A stretch of DNA of 63,956 bases, the filler included, from Callorhinchus milii (taxonomy: Eukaryota), in NCBI RefSeq assembly GCF_018977255.1. It is 2 parts of 2 records of this genome, joined end to end, with 100 filler letters (N's around TTAATTAATTAA, not from the genome) between each part and the next. Parts side by side here need not be neighbours in the genome. Positions count along the whole stretch, not along the records: positions 1 to 31,952 come from NW_024705607.1; 1 more part is not named here. One strand, 5' to 3'. Shown here piece after piece: positions 1-13,600 of this stretch. Made by a program: the position numbers and the translations under genes. The notes beneath the pieces are model-generated. The model was given only the letters and a program-made list of their open reading frames with translations, was not told the DNA's origin and did not search any database. How positions within the stretch are numbered: the first letter of the stretch is position 1; every line of letters starts with the position of its first letter.

Positions 1-299
1 TGCTATTCACTGAATGGTTGGTGGTTCAGGCCCACACTGGGAAGATCCTCTTCTGTAAGAAATATATTCTTCTACAATTCTTTCCTCTCACTGGAAACTA
101 TGTCATGGACGACTTCAGAGCTGCTGGTCCTTATGTAATGTTTCCACTTCCTGTGTTTTTTAACCGACATAGTGCTGGAACATTAGTTAAAATTTCCAAA
201 ACACTCGTCGCAGGACATGTGGGAACAACATTCATGTCCTTCTCTCGCTCCCATATTCTTTATGCCTCTCTGCCTTTTTGTTTGTTTGTTTCTCTCTCT

Positions 300-334
<35 letters not shown>

Positions 335-699
335 GTCTCTCTCCCTGTTTGTCTTTCCCTCTCTATCGCACACTTTCTGACTCTCCTCACAAGGATCCAG
401 GAAATGGACACTGGGAATTGTCCAGTCCTCACATCTCCTGTGGCCTCACTCTGTCCAAGGATCCTTGCGTTTGACACAACGCCTTATCACAATTTCGAGA
501 CATGTCTATTTGAAGGGATTTTTAGCCCTGAGATATTAAATTGAAAGCTGGTTCCTACTTACTGTTGATAAACAGAGTCGGTTGGGTGGATTAATGGAAT
601 TTTCCTAAGATTTTGCCTATCTGAGAATTAAACCCGTGTCCTCTCCCTAGCGAGGCGTGCGCGCTTGCCAATATGTTACATGATTCCATAATAGTAGGC

Positions 700-1175
700 T
701 GGTGTAGTTACTGTGTGTGCGTTGCATTCCCCAAAGCAGCGTCGTACAGTGACTATGTGTGTTAAACTGCAAAGAGGGGCCTAGTTTAGAGACTATATGT
801 GTTGGACTGCCCAAAGGAGCCCAGTGTACTGTCTATACAGCTATACTGCCCACAAGAGGTCAGTGTAGTGACTGTGTGTTAGACTGCCCAAAGGAGATCA
901 ATGTAGTATCTGTATCTGTTACACCGCCCAGAAGAGGCCAATGTAAAGACTGTGTGTTAAACTGGCCACAGGAAATCAATGTAGTGACTGTGTACGCATA
1001 CTGCCCACAACAAGATAGTGCCCACAGCAGGTTAGTGCAGTGACTGTGGGTTTTGTACTGCCCAAGGGAGATTAGTGTAGAAACTGCTCATGTGTTGCAC
1101 TGCCCATTGGAGGCAAGTGTATTGATTGTGTGTGCCATACTGCCCACAAGAGGCTAGTGCTGTAGATGTGTGTTA
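700..1175. repeat. degenerate ~40-bp tandem repeat (core ACTGCCCAnnnGAG..AGTGTAGTGACTGTGTG)
   Basis: ACTGCCCA/CTGCCC followed by GTAGTGACTGTGTG-like motifs recurs about every 40 bp. Confidence 0.75.
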
Positions 1176-1852
1176 AGCTTCCCCATTCTCACGTACTCAC
1201 CATCAGTCTCTCCTGGAGCTCGACATCTAACCCTCCAACTCTATTGCCTTGTGTGAAATGCAAGTTGTTGCTGTTGAAAAATATAAAGGTTGGCCACTGT
1301 TTCACTGTGATTGGCAAACTCCAAACTGATCATCATTGTAAACAGGAGAATATATTAGGTGCAATAAATTGTTTCATCCTGTCACTGTTTTCACTTTATT
1401 GTATTCTGTTCGCTAATATTTCAACAACTTGAGATCAAACGGGACCAACCCCTACACGTCCAAGTTACCCCATTGGCTTCAACAAGACAGTAACAACGGA
1501 ATTCGCTTGAGTCGCAGGAAAAATGTTTTGTCATAGAATAATAGTACCATACAGCACAGAATGATGCCATTCGTCCCACCATGTCTGCGCCGGCTCCGAA
1601 AAGAGCAATCCAACTTAATCCCGCTTTCCCGCTTTCTCTCCGTAGCCCTGTAGTCTTGTCCTCCCGAAATAACCAAAACCTTCCCTTTGAAAAGTTATTA
1701 TTGAATCGGCTTTCACTTGCCTTTCAGGTAATATATTGCAGAACCGAACAACTCGTTGGGTGATAATTTCCCTACAATAGTTGGCACATCCTACCTCTAA
1801 CCTTTTGTCACTTGTGTACAGGGTGGAATTAAAGTACATGCTTCAATGTGAC

Positions 1853-1912
1853 TCCTCGTTATTATTGTAGTCAGTATCCGCCTCCTGTCACGCGGGAGAT
1901 CGGGGTTCAATT
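1853..1912 (+). pseudogene. tRNA-Asp(GTC) pseudogene, 3'-truncated
   Basis: TCCTCGTT...CCTGTCACGCGGGAGATCGGGGTTCAATTC matches vertebrate tRNA-Asp; D-arm mutated, 3' acceptor strand missing. Confidence 0.8.
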
Positions 1913-3280
1913 CAATTTAGTGCTTGTTACCAAATTAAACCACGTTGTCATTGTTTTGTGTCAATCAGAAAATATTGAGGGTAAAACGTTCTTTTGACCC
2001 AAGTGTCTTTTCTCCCAGAAACTACACAATCCATACCTTTTGCCACATATTCAGCGAAGCGTTTTTAGAAAACTCGAAGTTGTCATGAAACACTGTTTCA
2101 AATGAAACAATTATTAATATTCAAACGCACAATAGACTGTTTGAATAATATTCTATGCCTAATGCAATGTTTATTCCAAGTGATTTCGTAGAAGCTGGAG
2201 GTTAGCAGAGACACACACTCTCGATTAAGTTTGATTTCCATTCATTATCACAAACACAGTCCTAGAGATATAGGATTCAGGGATTCAGGCATTCCGTAAA
2301 TAGGGTGACCAAAAAGTCGTGATAACTTTTCTATTATGTGGAATGAAAATGTTCATCGTTTGTTTAATACATATTAATGGGTTAGCCACACCAACAATGC
2401 TGTCACTTTACATATGAATGGATATGGCTTTGTCTAACACTGTATGTACAATTTTCCAAAAAACAGCTACTTTTTGTGGTTGGTTAATATCACCGTTTAT
2501 GTCGTCAAGTCGCGTTGAATAGTTGTATAATAGTCCCTATTGCACCGATGACAATAGCAATATTTGTTTTACATTACCACCTATGTCCGCATTGAACTCT
2601 TAGATCGATATATTTCCAGATTTTCTCCATCTCCTTATTTTTCGTATGGTAATTATTTGGGATATTTACAGCAAATCACACTGTATGTCAATTCTAATTA
2701 CTTATTCATGTTGATATCTGGTATGCAACAGCTGATTGACCTGACTGCATGTAGTTTAATGTATCTGTATCAAATGCAAGGACTATTATATTATAATTGT
2801 AAACCACAGATTGCTGTAAATTTGCTTAATTGTATCACATTCCCTGACTGATGTTAATACGAGTTGAATTTTACGTCAATATCAAATTGTTTACGAATTG
2901 TCTGGTGAATATGTTTAGCTACGTTGTTAAGTTTGATCAAATAGTCTGTTGCTTATTATTATTGTTACGATAACAATGATCATGGTGTTGAAAATAATAA
3001 CATATCCATGTACGAACGAACACAAGCAATAAAACCAGCAACCTTGATAGGGAAGATTAGTATCAGTGTTAGAAGGTTAGTAAATTTGAACACGGTTCGT
3101 AGTCGATTGAAGAATCGCTTTTCTGGGCTCATAATCCCTTCAATAATATAAATAATAAAAGCAGTGGTAGTAATAAATTGGTCACGTTGATCCACAAATG
3201 TTTGTGGGCTGCTGTTGCTGCTACTACCAGCTGCATTTCAGCCACAAAACAGCCAGTAAAATCACTTTACTCTACATTGT

Positions 3281-3609
3281 GGAGTCCTGTAGCTCAGTGG
3301 TTAGAGCACTCGCTTTGCAAGCGAGAGACCTGAGTTCAATTCCAGGCAGGTCAGGGCCAAACCTTGGGCAAATTTCCTTTCTCCGCACAGAGCCCTAATA
3401 ATAATCCCTCCAAAACAAAACAATAATAAATTGGTCATTTTCAAACTACGACTGTTTGTGGGGCATTGCTGTGCGCAATTGGCTGCCGCGTTTGCCCACA
3501 AAAAATAAACAGTCAGTTGACTTCACAGTGTGTTCTGTGAAGCGTTTTGGGACGTCCTCCCGACGTGAAAAGCGCTATATCAAATGCAAGGATTATTATT
3601 ATTATTATT
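3281..3609 (+). mobile_element. tRNA-derived SINE (Deu-domain-like body, L2-type 3' tail), full length, nested in an older SINE remnant
   Basis: A box TAGCTCAGTGG, B box GTTCAATTCC, body TGCTGTGCGCAATTGGCTGCCGCGTTT, tail GGGACGTCCTCCCGACGTGAAAAGCGCTATATCAAATGCAAGG(ATT)n; older copy fragments on both sides (~3160-3280, 3610-3690). Confidence 0.9.
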
Positions 3610-3738
3610 CCGTGAAGCGTCCTTGAGAGATATTGAAGACATGATAAGGCGCTATCACAAACTCCAGCTTAAATATTATTATTGTTGTTGTCAGCAGCAC
3701 TGCAGCTAATGTAACATAATGGGCCGCAATTAAAATTA

Positions 3739-3811
3739 TGGCCCGTACGGTGATTGAACCCGCGACCTTGGCGTTATTAGCACCGCGCTCTCACCCACTG
3801 AGCTAACGGCC
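3739..3811 (-). tRNA. tRNA-Ile(AAT), variant or probable pseudogene
   Basis: Reverse complement GGCCGTTAGCTCAGTGGGTGAGAGCGCGGTGCTAATAACGCCAAGGTCGCGGGTTCAATCACCGTACGGGCCA; one base short in the acceptor stem, T-stem mismatch. Confidence 0.8.
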
Positions 3812-4376
3812 TGACTTACTGAGTGAGTCACTGGAAGCTCTGATTACTGATATACGGTAAGAAAACTTGTGACTGACATATTATGGTGCATTTTCCGCAC
3901 AACAGACAGATACGTTATTCAATTAATTCAACCGATCTGCTGCTGCAACATAACTTTGAGGCAGTGGCATAATCTCCCGGACACCCACTTGCTCAGGAGA
4001 AATTTTATACCGAGCAGTTCAGTTGAAGTGCGGTAACAAATCAAATTTTAACTGAACTAATTTGTTCTGAAACCAATTCCGGATATTATATGTGATTACT
4101 GTCCTGATTTGTGTCTTTAATAAAGGAAACGATTATCGGCTGTTTTGATTTGAATAAAACAGATCATTTCCCCCAAAAATATACAGTCAACTTACTTTAA
4201 ACTATATTGTGTGAAGAGTTTTTAGACGTCTCGAAGACGCTATATGGGGCTATATCAAATGCAAGTATTATTATTATTATTGGTGCTGTGAAGCGCAGCT
4301 GCGATTGCAGGACATATCTGCTTGTTTTTGTACACAGGCAAATGTCGGTACCAATCGAAAAAGCGAAATGAAATGC

Positions 4377-4448
4377 TTCCCTGACCGGGAATCGAACCCG
4401 GGCCGCGGCGGTGAGAGCGCCGAATCCTAACCACTAGACCATCAGGGA
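4377..4448 (-). tRNA. tRNA-Glu(CTC), intact
   Basis: Reverse complement TCCCTGATGGTCTAGTGGTTAGGATTCGGCGCTCTCACCGCCGCGGCCCGGGTTCGATTCCCGGTCAGGGAA; full cloverleaf; T5 Pol III terminator about 15 nt downstream. Confidence 0.95.
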
Positions 4449-6393
4449 ACATACTGGAAAGCAATAATCCTCGCACATTAAAAAAAAGAGATCCAAAAGA
4501 AATTTGAGGCGTTGTTGAAACGCACGCAGAGAATCCAGGGACTGAGCAACTTTCATTGCTTCTCGTCATCAACAAAAGAACAACAACAGCAAAATTACAT
4601 GTATAGGGCGCCTTTCACGTCTGGAGGACATCCCAAAGCTCATTTTCTCATGAGAAAAAGACAATCATTGGGGAATGTTGAAACGCGTTTTTTAAAATAA
4701 TTTATAGGGACGAGAAGAAGAGAAATATGAAATTATTAAGAGTAGGAAATGTAGCTTTTGGTAGAGAAATATTGATAAGCAATAGCACATTAGGCATCCA
4801 ACGTAACTCAGGGTTCATCTTCCAGTTGTTCAACCTTTAATTGATAGGCGTGACTTGTTGACGAGAGGGATTCAGGAATATGGGGATAGGGCGGGTAATT
4901 TGAATTAGATTAGGGAATCAGCCTAATAAATGGCGGTGCAGCTAAGGGGCCGAATGGCCTCGTACTGCTCCTACATCTTAAAGGAAGATAAACCGAGAAT
5001 CTGCGCCTGTTCAAGTCGACGGGAAAGATCTCATGGCACCGTTTGAAAAGAAAAAGACGATCTTTGCCTTTTTACCTGGCAAAGATCCTCCAAGCAAAAT
5101 TATTCAATCACTTCATATATGTTGGGGCCAATTGATAGCCTCGTTTTCTTCAGAAATACTTCCTCAGAACACTTGACAATGACGATATGAATCATATTTG
5201 CATCTGATATAGCCGCTCATAACGTTTCCGAGACGTCTCACAGAATACGGAGTATTGTTCCTCACCATTATTTAGTTCAGATTTTTAGTAAAGTGAAATG
5301 CCTTTTACGTGTTACGTGCAAAGTACGGAAGCCAATTGCCCACAGCTGTATCCTAAAAGCACTGACTATTACTTTAATTTGGAAGAAATTATTACCCCTG
5401 GAAAGTGATCCACCAATGACCAAACAAACAACCAGGTTTCTCTTTACGTAAACAGGGGTGTCGAGAGCGAAACTCGCTAAAGTCCCGTCCTGCTGGGAAT
5501 CCAATTCACTTCATTCACTGGAGTGCTCCAAGTGGCAGAGCTCCACGGTCATAACTACAATAACATTATTACAGCGTCTTCCGCGTCAGGAGGACAGTCA
5601 GGGATCAGCAGCTGGTAGTTGGGTTTACAGTAAATCACTTGAAGGAGTTTGCAAAGCACACATGGCGGGTGGGGGGTGGGGGGGCGGGAGGTTGTGGGGT
5701 GTGCGGGGATTGGAGGGTTAGTGGGGGTTGCGGTGTGCGGTGAGAGAGAGGGAGAGAGCGAAAAGGGCAACACACTGTGTATTCGGTGCTTTGCAGCTGC
5801 AATAGCTGTAAACGAACCTGTGGTCACGGTGTGTGAGACAAATTTTCTTTACTCATATCCATCTCCTTATAGGGCATTTTTCTTCCCGCAGGAACACAAA
5901 AAAAAAGGCCAATGAAAATGTTTTCCTGGTCAGGGCCTCGCGAGTGGCTGTTGGTTTGAACTATTCTCCTTCCATCGCACTCTGTGTCGGACAAAACCGT
6001 TCGAGCGCTGAACCACATTACTGTGAGGCCGAGAGGACAAAACGTCAACGCACATTACAGCAATGTCGTGAATATCTGGACTGGTTATTTTTACTTTTGT
6101 GACATCAGACTGCATTTTACTATAATAATAAATATTGTTGTTAATCCTCGCGTCTGATACGGCGCCCGACAACATGATCAACGTATCTTTAAAGCGTTTT
6201 ATCAACATTTTACTGTCAAATAGGTCTTCCGAAAGGAGCGAAACAAAGGTCATATTGTTGTTGTTCTAAGCGCAGAAAAGTTCATCAAAAAAAAATACAA
6301 TCGATAAATACTTCTAATTAGAAACACGTCACCCCAAAAANGCAGTTAACTATAACAAAAANTACCTGAGCAATGATCCAACTTTGTTCTAAT

Positions 6394-6639
6394 GGAGTCC
6401 TGTAGCCCAGTGGTTAGAGCACTCGCTTTGCAAGTGAGAGATCGGAGTTTAATTCCAGGCAGCGGAAAACCTTGGGCAAGTTTCCTTACTCCACACAGAG
6501 CCTAATAATAATCCCTCCAGAACCAAAAACAATAATAAATTGGACATTTTCAATCTACGACTGTTTGTGGGACATTGCTGTGCGCAATTGGTTGCCGCGT
6601 TCGCCCACAAATATACAGTCAATTCACTTTACAGTGTGT
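6394..6639 (+). mobile_element. tRNA-derived SINE, same family as 3281, 3'-truncated
   Basis: GGAGTCCTGTAGCCCAGTGGTTAGAGCACTCGCTTTGCAAG head and Deu-like body. Confidence 0.9.
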
Positions 6640-6761
6640 CCCACCGCCGCTGCCCCATAACTGATCATCTACTGTGATCTGAGCTTTCTACACACTGTCG
6701 ATTAATGCAGATTATTATGCAAGTAATCATTAGTAAACATCATTTGCCGGACACTCCCCCA

Positions 6762-7275
6762 CCAAACCCCCTAACACACTCCTTCCCAGTCGCTGACAGC
6801 CTCCCTCACTATGTCCCGCAGAAACTCCGCTCCCCCCACCCTCCCCCCCAGTCCTGGCCAGACTGCACTGGCTGCCTATCCCAGAGACGATCCACTCCAA
6901 GATCCTCATCCTCGATTGCAAGTCACTGCACTTCCCTACACCCCCCGACCTATCTGACCTCCTCCCTCCTCAAAACAGCACCTCCTGGTTTCGTCTCATC
7001 CTCTTCCCCCGAGTCTTCCGCTCCACCATCCACGGCTGTGCCTTCGGCCACTTTGCCCCGAGGCTCTGCAACTGCCTTCCTCACGATCTACGTCTCGCCC
7101 CCTCCCCTCACATTTTCAGGTCTCTACTGAAGACCTCACTTTTCGACCGAGCGTCTGGTCACCTCTCCCCCCTCCCCACTGGCCCGTTTCCGGGATGCGA
7201 AACTGTAAAGCGCTCTGAGACCCTGTCCAGCGTGGAGGGCTCTATACAAATCTAAGTTGCTGTTGTTGTTGTTGT
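6762..7275 (+). mobile_element. degenerate L2-clade LINE 3' fragment
   Basis: C-rich remnant resembling the RT C-terminus at 25884-26400, ending TGTAAAGCGCTCTGAGACC...CTATACAAAT(GTT)n. Confidence 0.65.
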
Positions 7276-8256
7276 CCCCAACCCCTATCACCCTCTCTCT
7301 CGCTCGTTCCCTTACTAGATGTCCTTCTCCCTCATTCTCTCACACCTCTCTGCCTACATTGCTCCCTCCATCCCTCCAATCCCTCTATACCTCTCCTTCC
7401 ATTAACAGTAATGTGCCTTTACATATCCTGTCACTGCACACAGTGACCCCCGGCTCCTGTCACATAGTGACCCCCGGCTCCTGTCATACAGTGTACTTCT
7501 GCGGAATTTCTACACCAATTTGCCCGTAACAAACAGCCGTGCCTTGAATGTCTAATTTTCTCCAAGGAATTTTTGGCAACAACATAAAAAATAGACTTGA
7601 TTCACTAAAACGCCCACTATATGGTGTGTTCGTTTGTCGGGGTTGTCATGTTAGCTGGTTATCATCCAGCAGTGCCGTCGTCACACTCTGCAGTCCTCAA
7701 TCATTTTATTCCAGCCAAACCTCTCCAAAGAGTCCCTGGAACTAAATAAACAGGATCTGTTCCTTGGTAAACCATTCCAAACACAGGAATTCCCATGTGA
7801 AGGTACAATGATTGGAAGGCTCCACCTTGCTATCAGCGTGATGACGCGTTTCTGACTCCGGGCTCATTTCAGTGTAGGTCATCTGTTACAATATTTTTCT
7901 TTCAAAATTTTGATCCATCAATTCTAATGTGGTTGAAGGAGTGTTGAGTGAAGAAATATGATGGGCGAATTGCTGAAATGCTGAACTGTAACCTCAATTG
8001 TTTTATCACCGGAGAAGAACTTAGTAGAAGTAATCTAGCTTTTCTTCAGAGAAAATGTATACATTCAATTCACGTTTCAGTATATTGTGTAAAACGCGTG
8101 GAGACGTCTAGGAGACATGATAAGGCGCTTTATCAAAGCATTATTATTATCGTTGATTAAATGCAAAAAGAGACAATTTCGAATACAGATGCATTATGCA
8201 CTCAGATAACGTTAAAACATGTTTTTAAAATTGTCAAAAGCAAAATCAATGGGGAT

Positions 8257-8328
8257 TGCGGTGATTCGGATTCGGACCGAGGTTACTGCGGCCAAAGCAC
8301 AGAGCACTGACCACTATAGGATCACAGC
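8257..8328 (-). pseudogene. tRNA-His-derived pseudogene (anticodon position reads TTG)
   Basis: Reverse complement GCTGTGATCCTATAGTGGTCAGTGCTCTGTGCTTTGGCCGCAGTAACCTCGGTCCGAATCCGAATCACCGCA aligns to tRNA-His(GTG) with many substitutions, including in the T loop. Confidence 0.75.
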
Positions 8329-8849
8329 TGAACACCTGCCTCCACGTACATGCACAAGAAACGATGTGCAATGATGTTTATAGAATTAACATGTTATTCG
8401 CTGCTGCTCTGGATGTGCATTCTCTTATTCCTGTAAAACAGAACGTCTAATATAAATTAAAGAGGTGAATAATTGAGACAATCTGAACTTTATTGTAGAA
8501 AATATTGTTCCAACATTTAAGATCAATTATCATCTCATAGATAGTACGAGCAGCAAACGCTGGGCAGGTAATACTTGTACGTATTTTATAAATGAGACAG
8601 GATTGGGTTTCTGATTTTTGTCCTGAATGGATTCTTACCTGAATTTCTAATCTAACTCGTTGGTGATCTGCGACCTCTCTGCGCCTCGATGGCTGAGGTT
8701 GTGGACTGTTTGAGTAGAGTAGGTCCCGAGCGTAACTGGTGTTGTCACGAAAGCAAAACAAAACTACAAACGATTACGAAGTTGTTCATGATATTATTCA
8801 AAACTGCGTATAAAGATTGAAGCAGAATATGTTCCTTACAGAAGAGGAC

Positions 8850-8925
8850 CGACCCGGGGTGGGATTGGACAACCAATCGATCGGTTAACAGCCGAACGCG
8901 CTAAAACCCATTGCGCCACAGAGAC
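8850..8925 (-). pseudogene. tRNA-Asn(GTT) pseudogene
   Basis: Reverse complement begins GTCTCTGTGGCGCAAT...AGCGCGTTCGGCTGTTAACCGA; T arm and acceptor stem degenerate. Confidence 0.8.
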
Positions 8926-9361
8926 TTCTGTGAACATTTTTGGAAGAAAAGTGGAGGTTTTGATTGACACAGTTGCTGTCACAGGTAAACCCTGCGCCGG
9001 TAAGTCATGACAACACCTGCAAATTAGTTATACAAAGGTTAACTCTGAATGCAAATAGATGGAAACACTGACCACTGTATGTTGAAGGATGCTTTGCGCA
9101 TCAGCTCCTTGTTCGGCCATAAAACACATTTAAATGATGTGCACATGCCTTGAAAACTTGATTAGGATCAAATCAGCGACTAATTTAGGGACAATATTTT
9201 TCGGAGAATAGTTTAAAATTCAGTTCGAAATAGTAGTTACGTGATGGGAGGTAACCATCCGCTATTTTATTCACGTGACCTGCCTTCTACACACAGCTCT
9301 TTCTGCTCAGAAAACACATCCGACGCGGTCGATGTAAAAGACGGACACGATCGTGAGCCTT

Positions 9362-9443
9362 TGACAGCGGAGGGATTGGAATCCACGGCCCCAAAGAGAC
9401 TGGAACTTAAATTCAGCGCCTGGGAGCGCTCGGTCGCGCTATC
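9362..9443 (-). pseudogene. tRNA-Leu (AAG/TAG-type) pseudogene
   Basis: 82-nt reverse complement GATAGCGCGACCGAGCG...CCAGTCTCTTTGGGGCCGTGGATTCCAATCCCTCCGCTGTCA with the long variable arm of tRNA-Leu; conserved loops mutated. Confidence 0.75.
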
Positions 9444-9966
9444 CCGGGTTGGGCCTTGTCCGCAAAACTCACCAACTAATGTCAAGCTCACTACTTATGT
9501 TAATAGTTTGTTTATTGCTGTGATGGAGAAGTGGGGTCACAATCAGACAATCTGTTGAACTTTGTGGAGTAAAACAGCACAACCTTTAAAAGCCAATCAA
9601 CAGTTACAAGTTTCGCTGAACTGATGTTCAATCAAAGCTCTTTGGAGATTTCATGGACTGTTTGACCCATTGCAACGCCTTTGAAAGAACTTTTCAGCAA
9701 TTAAACTTGTTTGTTGGATCAGGTGCCAATGATTTGAAAAATTTAAACACGATGTCACTCGCTTCACGGCTGCAAGAACTTGAGCTATTCTCACCTCCTG
9801 TTTCCGAGTTTATACACCACTTTTCCAACGCGCATTCGGAAGATCCAATTTTCTTTCAGCTGTTGCATCTCATCACCGAATTGCAGGAGTTTTGTGAATG
9901 ATCCAAGAGTTCGGTGTAAATGTATTTAAGTTTTTTTCGTGTCTCAACATTAATGAATTCACAGGA

Positions 9967-10039
9967 GTTTCCGCAGTGTAGCGGTTATCACGTTCGCCTC
10001 ACACGCGAAAGTTCCCAGGTTCGAAACCTGGCGGGAACA
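9967..10039 (+). tRNA. tRNA-Val(CAC), variant
   Basis: GTTTCCGCAGTGTAGCGGTTATCACGTTCGCCTCACACGCGAAAGTTCCCAGGTTCGAAACCTGGCGGGAACA; stems pair, with compensatory T-stem changes, but U8 is C. Confidence 0.85.
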
Positions 10040-10623
10040 TTTATTTATATTTTATTATAAAATATCATTCTTTAGTATTGACGAACAAGCAATCATTCAA
10101 TTGATTTCTTTGGAGCCGCATAATATACAGACACTATGAAAATAATTACCGTTTTGTAAAGCTGGAAAAATACAAAGATATCATGCACCAAAAAAACATA
10201 AAACGTTATTTCAACTGATGAACTGAACTCCGTTGTAGATGTGATGAAAACATGTGAAGATTTCGTTCCCGTTGACCTCAACTTCTCGCATCATTGCAGA
10301 ATCGATTCCATTAAAGTGAAGGAAATAAACTGACAAAGCTAACAATTGGGCTCAATATATTCTCCTGTTAGCATAAAATATCACTTCAGAGTTTGCCAAT
10401 CAAAGTCCGGTGGGGAAATGTTTTTTTGTGAATCAACAACAACTTGCATTTCACACCAGACCATACATTGGGAAAGGGTTAGGAAAGGAGGGCGATTTGG
10501 TAACATAGTGCAGACAGGAGAGAGATGGAGATTGATTGAGGTACAGTAACAGAGGCAGCTTTCCAGAAACTGGTGCCTTGTGACCGAATGTCAACAGCGT
10601 TAGTGACACTGAAAGGGCGCGTT

Positions 10624-13600
10624 ACACACCGAAGGTCAGTGTTAGCTCAGTGCTGGAGGTGGGCAGAGACACACAGTGACTAAAGTGTTAGCTCAGTTCG
10701 GGAGGTGGGCAGAGACACAGAGAGAAAGTCAGTGTTAGCATAGTGGGCAGAAACAAACAATGAAGGTCAGTATTAGCTCAGTGCAGATGGTGGGCAGAGA
10801 CACAGAGTGAAGATCAGTGTTAGCTCAGTACAGGAAGTGGGGAGAGACACACAGGGACGGTCAGTGTTAGCTCAGTGCAGATGGTGGGCAGAGACACAGA
10901 GTGAAGATCAGTGTTAGCTCAGTGCAAGAGGTGGGCAGATACACACAAGGAAGATTAGTGTTAGCTCAGTGCTGGAGGTGGGCAGAGACACAGTGAAGGT
11001 GAATGTTTGCTCAGTGCTGGAGTTGGGCAGAGGCACAGTGAAGGTGAGTGTTTGCTCAGTGCAGGAGGTGGCCAGAGACAAACAGGGAAGGTCAGTGTTC
11101 GCTCAGTCCAGGAGGTGGGCAGAAACAAACAGGGAAGATCAGTGTTAGCTCAGTGCAGGAGGTGGGCAGAGACAAACAGTGAATGTCTGTGTGAGCTCAG
11201 TGCAGGAGTCGGGTAGAGACACAAAGTGAAGTTCAGTGTTTGCTCAGTGCAAGAAGTGGGCAGAGACACACAGTTATGTTTAATGTTAGCTCAGTGCAGT
11301 AGGTGGGCAGAGACGCACAGGAATGTTCAATGTTAGCTCAGTGCAGTAGGTGGTCAGAAACACACAGTGAAGGTCAGTGTTAGCTCACTGCAGGAGGTGG
11401 GCAGAGACACATAGTGAAGGTCAGTGTTAGCTCAGTGCAGGAGGTTGGCAGAGACACAAAGGGAAGGTCAGTGATAGCTCAGTGCAGGAGGTAGGCAGAG
11501 ACACACAGGGATGGTCAATGTTAGCTCAGTGCAGGAGGTGAGCAGAGACACACAAGGAAGTTAAGTGTTAGCTCAGTACAGTAGGTGGGTAGAGACACAC
11601 AGAGAAGGTCAGTGTTAGCTCAGTGCAGGATGTGCGCAGAGACACACAGGGAAGGTTAGAGTTAGCTCAGTGCAGGAGTTGGGCAGAAACACACAGGGAA
11701 GGTCAGTGTTAGCACCGTGTAGGAAGTGGGCAAAGACACACAGGGAAGGTCAGTGTTAGCTCAGTGTAGAAGGTGGGTAGAGACACACAGAGAAGGACAG
11801 TGTTAGCTCATTGCAGGAGTTGGGCAGAGACACAAAGTGAAGGTCAGTGGTAGCTCAGTGCAGGAAGTGGGCAGAGACACACAGGGAAGGTTAGAGTTAG
11901 CTCAGTGCAGGAGTTGGGCAGAAACACACAGGGAAGGTCAGTGTTAGCACAGTGTAGGAAGTGGGCAAAGACACACAGGGAACGTCAGTGTTAGCTCAGT
12001 GTAGAAGGTGGGTAGAGACACACAGAGAAGGACAGTGTTAGCTCATTGCAGGAGGTGGGCAGAGACACAAAGTGAAGGTCAGTGGTAGCTCAGAGCAGGA
12101 GGTGGGCAGAGACACACAGTGAGGATCAGTGTCAGCTAAGTGCATGAGGTGGGCAGATGCATACAGTGAAGGTCATTGTTAGCTCAGTGCAGGAGGTGGA
12201 CAGAGACACACAGGGAAGTTGAGTGTTAGCTCAGTGCAGGAGGTGGGCAGAGACACACAGTGAAGGTCAGTGTTAGCTCAGTGCAGGAGGTGGGCAGAGA
12301 CACACAGTGAAGGTCAGTGTTAGCTCAGTGCAGGAGGTGGGCAGAGACACGCAGGGAAGGTCAGTGTTAGCTCAGTGCAGGAGGTGGGCAGAGACACACA
12401 TTGAATGTCTGTGTGAGCTCAGTGCAGGAGTCGGGCAGAGACACGAAGTGAAGTTCAGTGTTTGCTCAGTGCAGGAGGTGGGCAGAGACACACAGGGATG
12501 GTCAATGTTAGCTCAGTGCAGGAGGTGCGCAGAAACACCCAAGGAAGTTCAGTGTTAGCTCAGTACAGGAGGTGGGCAGAGACACACAGTGATGGTCAGT
12601 GTTAGCTCAGTGCAGGAGGTGGGTAGAGACACACTGAGAAGGTCAGTGTTAGCTCAGGGCAGGAGGTGGGCAGAGAGGGAAGGTCAGTATTAGCTCAGTG
12701 CAGGAGGTGGACATAGACACAGAGTGAAGCTCAGTGGTAGCTCAGAGCAGGAGTTGGGCAGAGACACACAGTGACGATCAGGGTCAGCTAAGTGCAGGAG
12801 GTGGGCAGAAACACACAGTGAAGGTCAATGTTAGCTCAGTGCAGGAGGTGGGCAGTGACACAAAGTGAAGGTCAGTGTTTGCTCAGTGCAGGAGGTGGGC
12901 AGAGACACAAAGTGAAGGTCTGTGTTAGCGCAGTGCAGGAGGTGCGTAGAGACACACAGGGATGGTCAATGTTAACTCAGTGCATGAGGTGCTCAGAGAC
13001 ACACAAGGAAGTTCAGTCTTAGCTCAGTACAGGGTGTGGGCAGAGACACACAGTGACGGTCAGTGATATCTCAGTGCAGGAGGTGGCCAGAGACACACAG
13101 TGAATGTCTGTGTGAGCTCAGTGCAGGAGACGGGCAGAGACACAATGTGAAGTTCAGTGTTTGCTCAGTGCAAGAAGCGGGCAGAGACACACAGTTAAGG
13201 TTAGTGTTAGCTCAGTGCAGGAGGTGGGCAGATACACACAGGGATGCTCAATGTTAGCTCAGTGCAGGAGGTGGACAGAAACACACAGTGAAGGTCAGTG
13301 TTAGCTCAATGCAGGAGGTGGGCAGAGACACATAGTGAAGTTCATTGTTAGCTCAGTGCAGGAGGTGAGCAGAGACACAAAGGGAAGTCCAGTGTTTGCT
13401 CAGTGCAGGAGGTGGGCAGAGACACACAGGGAAGGTTACAGTTAGCTCAGTGCAGGAGTTAGGCAGAAACACATAGGGAAGGTCAGTGTTAGCACAGTGT
13501 AGGAAGTGGGCAGAGACGCACAGGAATGGTCAGTATTAGCTCAGAGCAGGAGTTGGGCAGAGACGCACATGGAAGGTCAGTGTAAGCTCAGTGCAGGAGG

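Noticed and set aside
607..688. tRNA-like sequence on the minus strand
   Set aside because: Too degenerate to assign an isotype or to distinguish from a SINE head
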